The notes under the pieces are model-generated. The model was not told where the DNA came from. It did not search any database and saw only the letters and a list, made by a program, of their open reading frames with translations. The position numbers were made by a program, and so were the translations under genes. From positions 1 to 13,958 of the IMG/VR virus record IMGVR_UViG_3300026885_000050: 13,958 nucleotides of DNA; one strand, written 5' to 3'. Numbering within the stretch: the first letter of the stretch is position 1; each line of letters starts with the position of its first letter. This document shows, piece by piece, positions 8,046 to 13,857 of the stretch.

Positions 8046-8624
8046 TCATTCTTCTTCAACATCAACATCACTAACATCAATATCATCAATAACATTTTCA
8101 TCATTAATAATCTTGATAGCATCTTCTATTTTATCTTTAAATTCTGCTTTAATTTCCTCAGAGCTTAACAGACCATAAACTTCATTACTTAAAGCTTCAG
8201 AAATTGTATCTACATTTATTTCTTCTAAATTTACAAAAATACATAAATCCAAATATCCATAAGCCTCTAGTATATTATCTATGTATCTTTTGACAATTCT
8301 CTTTTTTTCTTCTTCTGGAAAATCAAATTCAACAATAACTTCTTCAAATGCATAATTTAATTCATCAATTTGTTTGTTTAATTGTATCATAATTTTAGAA
8401 TTTTTCATGAATGCATTGAATAATTCTTGTAATTCCTTTTCATCAAAATATTGTAAATTCCAATTATCTTTTTCTACAATTTCTGAAATCATTTGGATTA
8501 TTGCATCTGCTACAATATCTTTAAAATTTGTATAACAATTTTGAATAATATTATCAACATTTAACCATATAACAATATTTTTCTTAAATCTTTCTTTATC
8601 TAATCCTCTTAAAACTATACTCAT
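8046..8624 (-). CDS. Highly acidic hypothetical protein, 192 aa
   Basis: Intact ORF, D/E-rich with tail DENVIDDIDVSDVDVEEE. Upstream TTTTTAAATATGTCAT promoter (8650-8665, minus) and SD-like GTGA. Confidence 0.8.
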   Translation of the reverse strand: MSIVLRGLDKERFKKNIVIWLNVDNIIQNCYTNFKDIVADAIIQMISEIVEKDNWNLQYFDEKELQELFNAFMKNSKIMIQLNKQIDELNYAFEEVIVEFDFPEEEKKRIVKRYIDNILEAYGYLDLCIFVNLEEINVDTISEALSNEVYGLLSSEEIKAEFKDKIEDAIKIINDENVIDDIDVSDVDVEEE

Positions 8625-8649
8625 ATCACATCATTCTTCTTTTTCGAAT

Positions 8650-8666
8650 ATGACATATTTAAAAAC
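8650..8666 (-). promoter_or_regulatory. TATA-GTCAT promoter for 8624-8046
   Basis: Minus strand TTTTTAAATATGTCAT, 25 nt before the ATG. Confidence 0.6.
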
Positions 8667-8688
8667 ATTTTTACTCTTATTTTTAAAT

Positions 8689-8868
8689 ATGATAATTTAT
8701 TCCAAGAATGGAAATAGGATAATTGTCAAAGTAATTTTTGAAATAGAAAATATGAATAATGATGACAATTTGAATGAAATAATAGCTAATTGTTTGATTA
8801 ATTTAGCAAATCGGATAAAAGAAAATAAAGTTAGAATTTATAATTCTAAAGATTTAGGAACATATTAA
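8689..8868 (+). CDS. Small hypothetical protein, 59 aa (probable start MIIYSK)
   Basis: Fills the gap between divergent genes. The track ATG at 8650 is part of the minus-strand GTCAT motif. TTTAAAAA at 8658-8665 is at leaderless spacing from ATG 8689. Confidence 0.45.
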   Translation: MIIYSKNGNRIIVKVIFEIENMNNDDNLNEIIANCLINLANRIKENKVRIYNSKDLGTY

Positions 8869-8882
8869 CTTTTTAATGTCAT
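8868..8882 (+). promoter_or_regulatory. TATA-GTCAT promoter for 8907-9617
   Basis: CTTTTTAATGTCAT, 24 nt before the ATG. Confidence 0.6.
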
Positions 8883-8906
8883 AAAACAAATACAATTTGA
8901 CCTAAA

Positions 8907-9617
8907 ATGAGGAAATTCCATACACATACAAACGAAATTAAAGTTGATACATCTATACCACAAAACGCGAATCTTCTATGGCAAAATGACAAATTAGCGT
9001 TATATTATAACTACAATTCTTTCCAAGGAAAAGTAGATTGGATAATGCAAAACAAAACTAATTCTCCAATACTTGTATCGCTTTTACGTGGCGGGATATT
9101 AAGCGAAAATAACCAAATGTACACAATTCCAAATTATCTTTTTGGCAATGCTTTCGCTGAAGTTTACTTTGCTAATGAACTCTCAAGCTTTATAACTAAT
9201 TTGCAAAACATTCCGCTTTATTCTCTAGCTATTGTTAGAGACAAATATTACGATAGAACTATAGCTTTTGTCTTCCAAATTCCAGCAAATTCTGTGATAA
9301 TAGCTCCAGAATATGGATTTACTGGGTTACAAAGTTTGTTTGGCGAATTACTAGAAGTAACTCCAATTAATCAAAATCTATTTACAATAGTTTATGATTT
9401 TGCGGAAATTATAGAATACGAATATCAAAGCGGGATTTTAGTAAATTATCCTCCAGACCCATATATAGTTCAAAGCTTTGAATTTCTAATAGATAAATTA
9501 GGAGAAATAATGACTCCAAGATTAATATTAGAAATACCAGAAACTGATATAAATACTGTAAAATCTTTAGTTTCAGATATACAAAAAATCATAGACAGAT
9601 TGAAGAAGATATTTTAA
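8907..9617 (+). CDS. Hypothetical protein, 236 aa, predicted beta-rich with amphipathic C-terminal helix
   Basis: Intact ORF with own promoter and downstream T-tract. No motif recognised. Confidence 0.8.
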   Translation: MRKFHTHTNEIKVDTSIPQNANLLWQNDKLALYYNYNSFQGKVDWIMQNKTNSPILVSLLRGGILSENNQMYTIPNYLFGNAFAEVYFANELSSFITNLQNIPLYSLAIVRDKYYDRTIAFVFQIPANSVIIAPEYGFTGLQSLFGELLEVTPINQNLFTIVYDFAEIIEYEYQSGILVNYPPDPYIVQSFEFLIDKLGEIMTPRLILEIPETDINTVKSLVSDIQKIIDRLKKIF

Positions 9618-9656
9618 GCAATACAATTTGTATTTTTTGAAAATCAAAGTTCTCTT

Positions 9657-9675
9657 AAAGTTTTATATTTGTCAT
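9657..9675 (+). promoter_or_regulatory. TATA-GTCAT promoter for the wHTH gene
   Basis: AAAGTTTTATATTTGTCAT (purine-rich BRE, TATA, GTCAT). Confidence 0.65.
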
Positions 9676-9702
9676 ATTTCTTTTTTATATATTTGATATA
9701 AA

Positions 9703-9948
9703 ATGACTGAACCACAAGGAAAAAAAATTAGATTAGGAAAAAAAGAAAAAGAATTATTAGATTTTTTAAAAAAATATCCAGACGGAATTTGGAGAGACGA
9801 ATTAATAAAACATTTTGTTCATAGTACCGATTATTATGACTTTTTTATGGACAGATTGTATAATTTGGAGCAAAAAGGATTTATAGAAATAAAAAAGGTA
9901 ACAAATCCAGAAACTGGAAGAAAAAAATTACGTGTTTATTTGAAATAA
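9703..9948 (+). CDS. Winged helix-turn-helix DNA-binding protein, 81 aa
   Basis: LGKKEKELLDFLKKYPDGIWRDEL...RLYNLEQKGFIEIKK...GRKKLRVYL is a typical MarR/ArsR-like wHTH pattern with a basic wing. Confidence 0.8.
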   Translation: MTEPQGKKIRLGKKEKELLDFLKKYPDGIWRDELIKHFVHSTDYYDFFMDRLYNLEQKGFIEIKKVTNPETGRKKLRVYLK

Positions 9949-9951
9949 TGA

Positions 9952-9965
9952 TTTTTTTGTTTTTT
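9952..9965 (+). terminator. Oligo-T terminator after the wHTH gene
   Basis: TTTTTTTGTTTTTT a few nt after TAA 9948. Confidence 0.55.
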
Positions 9966-10158
9966 AATGATGGAAACAATGACTCCATAAATCTACAAAA
10001 ATCCCGGTTATAATTATCAATTGAAAAATCACAATCAATTTTAGAATCTCGTTTTGAACAGAAAAGTAGAGAATAAAAGATAGAATAAAGAGAATTACTA
10101 AGCCATAAAGATCATGAGTTTTCCCGTGAAGGAAATAATATCACATTCTACAACTCAT
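9964..10158 (-). pseudogene. 64-codon two-TM membrane protein gene interrupted by in-frame TGA at codon 6 (pseudogene, sequencing error or readthrough)
   Basis: Translation MSCRM*YYFLHGKTHDLYGLVILFILSFILYFSVQNEILKLIVIFQLIIITGIFVDLWSHCFHH. TGA at 10141-10143. TATA-GTCAT promoter 16 nt upstream of the ATG. Confidence 0.7.
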
Positions 10159-10174
10159 AAATACAAGTTTAAAA

Positions 10175-10190
10175 ATGACAATTAAAAAGC
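10175..10190 (-). promoter_or_regulatory. TATA-GTCAT promoter for the interrupted 10158-9964 gene
   Basis: Minus strand GCTTTTTAATTGTCAT, 16 nt before the ATG. Confidence 0.65.
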
Positions 10191-10194
10191 TATT

Positions 10195-10209
10195 AAAAAA
10201 TTAAAAAAA
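10195..10209 (-). terminator. Oligo-T terminator of the five-gene acr operon
   Basis: Minus strand TTTTTTTAATTTTTT directly after TAA at 10212. Confidence 0.55.
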
Positions 10210-10211
10210 GA

Positions 10212-10535
10212 TTAATCTTCATAATATTCTATAATAAGTCTGTTTATCGGTATATCGTTTTCAGTTACTATTTTCATTGTTTCTCTTGGCTTTAAAACTA
10301 GCAATTGGAATAATTCGTCTAGATTTTTAACTCCTAATTCTTCATATGGTATAAAATAAATATCGAAAATTCCACGGCTATCTTCATGTTGGACTAGGCA
10401 ATATTTGTCTTGATAATCTGAGATATAACATGTATATTCATTAGTAAAGATAATTTCAAAATTATTCTTATGTTTAAAAATTATAATATCTCCAACTGTA
10501 TCGGCTAATTCAAAACATAATTTATAATTTCTCAT
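10212..10535 (-). CDS. Hypothetical acidic protein, 107 aa (anti-defence candidate)
   Basis: SD GGTGAG shortly before the ATG. Last gene of the operon with the AcrIIIB1-like genes. Confidence 0.8.
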   Translation of the reverse strand: MRNYKLCFELADTVGDIIIFKHKNNFEIIFTNEYTCYISDYQDKYCLVQHEDSRGIFDIYFIPYEELGVKNLDELFQLLVLKPRETMKIVTENDIPINRLIIEYYED

Positions 10536-10548
10536 TATCTCACCACAT

Positions 10549-10776
10549 TTATCTTTTACAAATTACATATTTCCAACCGTTATCATTTACTAATACAACT
10601 TCTCTTTTATTTTCTGGACATTGATCAATTGTTGATAAGGGTAATGCATAAGCTTTATAGTGATCACAACTATTTGTAAGCGGGAAATAATTAGACGTTT
10701 TTATTAATAATTCCCTATGACATATCGGACATTTATAAACAATTAAATCTCCAAATTTCTCAACTTTTAATTCCAT
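10549..10776 (-). CDS. Small putative Zn-binding protein (CPIC...SCDH), paralog 1, 75 aa
   Basis: SD GAGGTGA (contains the track's GTG) precedes ATG 10776 (MELKVEK). Motif shared with 13076-13330 and 13526-13801. Confidence 0.8.
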   Translation of the reverse strand: MELKVEKFGDLIVYKCPICHRELLIKTSNYFPLTNSCDHYKAYALPLSTIDQCPENKREVVLVNDNGWKYVICKR

Positions 10777-10788
10777 AACTTTCACCTC

Positions 10789-11481
10789 TTATTCTTGTTT
10801 TTTAGATTTTAAATATATAATTAAGTAATGTTTTTCCGGATTTAACATCACTTTGTTTTCTTGATTATCTGGAGTTTTTATTGTTAATTCTTTAACTCCT
10901 TTAGCATACATAAAATATGCTATATTCGGCTTTGAGATTAGACCGGTTATCTCAACATTTTTCGAAAACTTTAGCTCATAATTCTCAATTGTTAGTTCAT
11001 TTTTAATATCAAAATTAAGTTCATTGGTATATTTTAGCATTGGAGTTTCGTAAATTTCTAATTGCCTATTCTTATAAATCAACGGGAATTGGTATAATTG
11101 TCCTTTCACATATTTATCTAAAATCATTATTTGTTTTTCATCATAATTAATGAGCAATCTTTTTTCTTCCAAATCATAAAATTCTATAATTCTCATAATG
11201 AGGTCTGTCAAATCATTTAGATTTTCAGCAAATCTTCCACGTGAAGATATAAAGATTTTTGGCGGTGCAGTTATATAATATATGCCCCTAGCTTCTGCTA
11301 AAGCATAATTAATTAATTCATAACAACCGCTGAACTTTCTTCCAGATTTAGAAATATATTTTGCACAATCAATATAATCGCCTTGAACTGTACTAATCTT
11401 GGTAACTTGACCTTCTATATGTTTAACCATAAAGACTTTTGGAAGGTAATTTAGATATTTTAGAATTTTTACCTCAGACAT
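10789..11481 (-). CDS. acrIIIB1: Anti-CRISPR AcrIIIB1-like protein (SIRV2 gp48 family), paralog B
   Basis: EVKILKYLNYLPKVFM, DCAKYISKSGRKFSGC, RGIYY, LLINYD..I.ILDKYVKGQLYQFPLI match motifs I recall from SIRV2 gp48 (EVK.IK.LN.LP.VF; NCA.Y.SRSG....GC; GIYFTP; YD.Y.KG..Y.FPL). Full-length similarity to 11767-12489. Confidence 0.8.
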   Translation of the reverse strand: MSEVKILKYLNYLPKVFMVKHIEGQVTKISTVQGDYIDCAKYISKSGRKFSGCYELINYALAEARGIYYITAPPKIFISSRGRFAENLNDLTDLIMRIIEFYDLEEKRLLINYDEKQIMILDKYVKGQLYQFPLIYKNRQLEIYETPMLKYTNELNFDIKNELTIENYELKFSKNVEITGLISKPNIAYFMYAKGVKELTIKTPDNQENKVMLNPEKHYLIIYLKSKKQE

Positions 11482-11487
11482 CTTAAC

Positions 11488-11757
11488 TCACTCTTCTTCT
11501 ATTTCTTCTTCTACATCTTTTATATATTCTAATGCCATCTTTATTGTATTCTCGAGATTGTCAATTATTTCATGGAAAAAGTAATCTAAAATATCGTTTT
11601 TAACAAACGTAATAAGTAGATATTGTTTTCCTTCTTTGTCAACTGTAATTTGGGCAGTCCAAATTTCCACATCTTTTGGAAAATCTGGAAATTCTTTAAC
11701 CATCTTCATGACTTCTTCCCTTACATCTTTTATTGGGTTATATTTATATTCAACCAT
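11488..11757 (-). CDS. Small acidic hypothetical protein, 89 aa (anti-defence candidate)
   Basis: SD GGTGAG overlaps the upstream TAG. ATG 11757 (MVEYKY) preferred to GTG 11766. Tail DVEEEIEEE. Sandwiched between the two AcrIIIB1-like genes. Confidence 0.8.
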   Translation of the reverse strand: MVEYKYNPIKDVREEVMKMVKEFPDFPKDVEIWTAQITVDKEGKQYLLITFVKNDILDYFFHEIIDNLENTIKMALEYIKDVEEEIEEE

Positions 11758-11766
11758 ATTTCTCAC

Positions 11767-12489
11767 CTAAGTCCTAGGTTTTGGGTGAGTTATTAAATAG
11801 TATTTGTTAACTTTTAGCATAACTGTATCTGTAGAACTTGTTGGCGATTTTAAAGTCAATGTCACTTCATTTTCCGGATGTATTAAAAATGCCACGCCGG
11901 GGTCTGAATATAAATCTCTAGTTAATGTAGGACTGGAAAACTGTATTTCGTGATGATAAATTGTTAGGCTATTGGAATGATTAAAACTAAGATTTAAATC
12001 ATTATTTATTGGCGGAACTTCATAAATTTCTAGATAATCTTGGTTGTATATTAGGTTAAATTGGTACAATTGACCTTTAATATAGTAATCGTAAATTGTT
12101 ATCGAATAATTATCATAGGAAATCAATAATTCTTTAAATCTGAGGTTTAGAAGTTCTATCTCTTTTAGTATAATGTTTTTCATATCCTCAAGACTTCTAG
12201 TAATTTTACTTCTTTTGTTAACTGAAAATATCGGTGGTGCTGGAGTATAATATATGCCTCTGGTCTGTAGAAGCTCATCTTCAAGATATTTAAAACAACC
12301 GCTGAAAGTTAATCTAGATCTTGAAATATAATTTGTGCAATTTTCGAAATATTTTGCTAATATTGAGATCTTGGTAACCTCACCATCAAGATGTTTTATC
12401 ATGAAGACTGATGGCAGATATTCTATTTGCTTTAGTATTTTTACTTCATATTTTTTAGTTTGACTTTCTTGACTTGAATTTTGAGACAT
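11767..12489 (-). CDS. acrIIIB1: Anti-CRISPR AcrIIIB1-like protein (SIRV2 gp48 family), paralog A
   Basis: EVKILKQIEYLPSVFM, NCTNYISRSRLTFSGC, GIYYTP, LLISYDNYSITIYDYYIKGQLYQF, PGVAFLIHPE and C-terminal THPKPR (recalled gp48 SHPRPR). SD GGGTGA upstream. Confidence 0.85.
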   Translation of the reverse strand: MSQNSSQESQTKKYEVKILKQIEYLPSVFMIKHLDGEVTKISILAKYFENCTNYISRSRLTFSGCFKYLEDELLQTRGIYYTPAPPIFSVNKRSKITRSLEDMKNIILKEIELLNLRFKELLISYDNYSITIYDYYIKGQLYQFNLIYNQDYLEIYEVPPINNDLNLSFNHSNSLTIYHHEIQFSSPTLTRDLYSDPGVAFLIHPENEVTLTLKSPTSSTDTVMLKVNKYYLITHPKPRT

Positions 12490-12522
12490 TTAATCTATCA
12501 CCCGCAAAATAACATATGCATT

Positions 12523-12545
12523 ATGACAAATTTAAAACTTCTTTT
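12523..12545 (-). promoter_or_regulatory. BRE-TATA-GTCAT promoter of the acr operon
   Basis: Minus strand AAAAGAAGTTTTAAATTTGTCAT, 33 nt before ATG 12489, with an SD in the leader. Confidence 0.7.
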
Positions 12546-12582
12546 ATCTTTCAAAAATTTTAACATTAATCATCATGACTTT

Positions 12583-12648
12583 GAATTTCTATGAATTTCG
12601 AATTTTTATCTACAAACTGAGAAAAATCGCTGATAGCTTTAGCTAAAT
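12583..12648. repeat. Partial copy of the intergenic cassette repeat
   Basis: GAATTTTTATCTACAAACTGAGAAAAAT...GCTAAAT versus GAATTTTTATCACAAAACTGAGAAAAAT (about 12998-13025) and GGCTAAAT (about 13493). Confidence 0.75.
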
Positions 12649-12707
12649 ATGGCCCGAAAAAAAGCAAACTAATGACTTTGAACTTGAAAACTAAAAAAAC
12701 GTTTAAC

Positions 12708-12875
12708 TTACCAACAGTCAGATAAATATTTCCTAACTGTCCTCTCTGTAACGCCTAAAAATGAGGCGATCTCTGCAATGCTATAACCTTGTCTTGCAAG
12801 CTCATGGACTATTGAAATCATATCGTCTCTCGAATTTATGTAATACTTTGTCTGACCGATTTGCACAACTTTCAT
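12708..12875 (-). CDS. HTH DNA-binding protein, SIRV1 ORF56a / SIRV2 Gp1 family, 55 aa
   Basis: MKVVQIGQTKYYINSRDDMISIVHELARQGYSIAEIASFLGVTERTVRKYLSDCW has a clear HTH and matches the recalled family pattern (YY..S.DD..S..HELA..GY....IA..LGV.ER.VR.YL..C). ATG 12875 preferred to TTG 12890. Confidence 0.85.
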   Translation of the reverse strand: MKVVQIGQTKYYINSRDDMISIVHELARQGYSIAEIASFLGVTERTVRKYLSDCW

Positions 12876-12910
12876 TTTCCTTTTCCCCAATTTACATTTT
12901 CATTTGCCCC

Positions 12911-13068
12911 TTTATAAAATTTTCTTTATGCTTTTGCCTTTACAAACTACGATTTCTTTATCGCTAAACACGTTATCTCTCAATTTCTTAACTTTCTGAA
13001 TTTTTATCACAAAACTGAGAAAAATTAAGCATAATTTAGGCAAATTAGAATTAGAAAAAATAAAAAAA
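12911..13068 (-). repeat. Intergenic cassette repeat copy A (terminator + conserved core + BRE/TATA promoter)
   Basis: Aligns end to end with 13365-13523 with a single 1-nt gap. Shared blocks TTTATAAA.TTTTCTTT, CGAT.TCTTTA.CGCTAAACA, TGAATTT.TATCACAAAACTGA.AAAAATT, GAATTAGAAAAAATAAAAAAA. Confidence 0.9.
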
Positions 13069-13075
13069 TATTAGC

Positions 13076-13330
13076 TTAAGATGGGCTTTGTTTGGGATAT
13101 AAAATATAAATGCTTGTTCCAGACCAAATCCTCAGTACAGCGTTTTTATTGAGTCTTTGTGCGTTCAATTCATAATAAAGATTACCAAACTCTCTCCACT
13201 CAAAATGCTGACATGAAGATTTTATTACGCCACCATCATATTCATTTGTCCATGCTAGCTCTGTGTTATCAATTGGACAATAATAGACTATAATTTGACC
13301 GTGATATTTCTCAATTGGACGTATTACCAT
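13076..13330 (-). CDS. Small putative Zn-binding protein (CPID...SCQH), paralog 2, 84 aa
   Basis: Own promoter (13365-13381), GGGGG SD-like tract and terminator. Motif shared with the two paralogs. Confidence 0.8.
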   Translation of the reverse strand: MVIRPIEKYHGQIIVYYCPIDNTELAWTNEYDGGVIKSSCQHFEWREFGNLYYELNAQRLNKNAVLRIWSGTSIYILYPKQSPS

Positions 13331-13364
13331 TTATTTCCCCCAATATTAATTATGTAACTTCTCA

Positions 13365-13523
13365 TTTATAAATTTTTCTTTGCATTTTTACATTTGCATT
13401 TTTCGATCTCTTTAACGCTAAACATGTAAACTCTGAATTTCTCAATTCTTTGAATTTCTATCACAAAACTGAAAAAAATTTCCCAGAATTATGGCTAAAT
13501 TGGAATTAGAAAAAATAAAAAAA
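13365..13523 (-). repeat. Intergenic cassette repeat copy B
   Basis: See copy A. The minus strand starts with terminator TTTTTTTATTTTTTCTAATT right after the 13526 stop and ends in AAAGAAAAATTTATAAA. Confidence 0.9.
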
Positions 13524-13525
13524 AC

Positions 13526-13801
13526 TTAACTTTTACGAGGAACGATAAAACTTACATACTTTTTGAACTCAAACTTCATTACCGCTTTCGCTTCATATTT
13601 TGGAATATTCTGAGAACTTTTCGGGTCACGATATACATCAATGATTTCAAAATGACTGCATGAAGATAACGGTTCAACAACATCTTTATGGAATTTTCTA
13701 AGAAAATATTCTGGATCGTTCGTAGCTAATATGTCTCCACAAATTGGACACTTGATATAGATTTTCTTGTCCACATGTTCAACTTTTAGTTGATACTTCA
13801 T
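13526..13801 (-). CDS. Small putative Zn-binding protein (CPIC...SCSH), paralog 3, 91 aa
   Basis: Intact ORF with own promoter and terminator. Motif shared with the two paralogs. Confidence 0.8.
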   Translation of the reverse strand: MKYQLKVEHVDKKIYIKCPICGDILATNDPEYFLRKFHKDVVEPLSSCSHFEIIDVYRDPKSSQNIPKYEAKAVMKFEFKKYVSFIVPRKS

Positions 13802-13808
13802 TTTAGAT

Positions 13809-13857
13809 CAACATAATTTATGTTGTTTCTTATATTTAAATTTTTCTTTATGCTTTT
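13809..13857 (-). promoter_or_regulatory. Cassette-class promoter (partial repeat copy) with palindromic operator-like site
   Basis: Minus strand AAAAGCATAAAGAAAAATTTAAATA; the block TTTTCTTTATGCTTTT is identical to copy A. Palindrome CAACATAA-T-TTATGTTG at 13809-13825. Confidence 0.7.

Noticed and set aside
10141-10143. Selenocysteine (CxxU) reading of the in-frame TGA
   Set aside because: Sulfolobales are not known to have Sec machinery, and I see no convincing SECIS-like hairpin downstream. Nonsense mutation or sequencing error is more parsimonious.
10212-11757. Calling the 89-aa or 107-aa acidic ORFs AcrID1 or AcrIII-1
   Set aside because: Only size and charge are similar; I see none of the motifs I recall for those families (e.g. 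the GH motif of AcrIII-1).
12761-12967. 68-aa plus-strand ORF
   Set aside because: Antisense to the HTH gene and runs through its promoter repeat.
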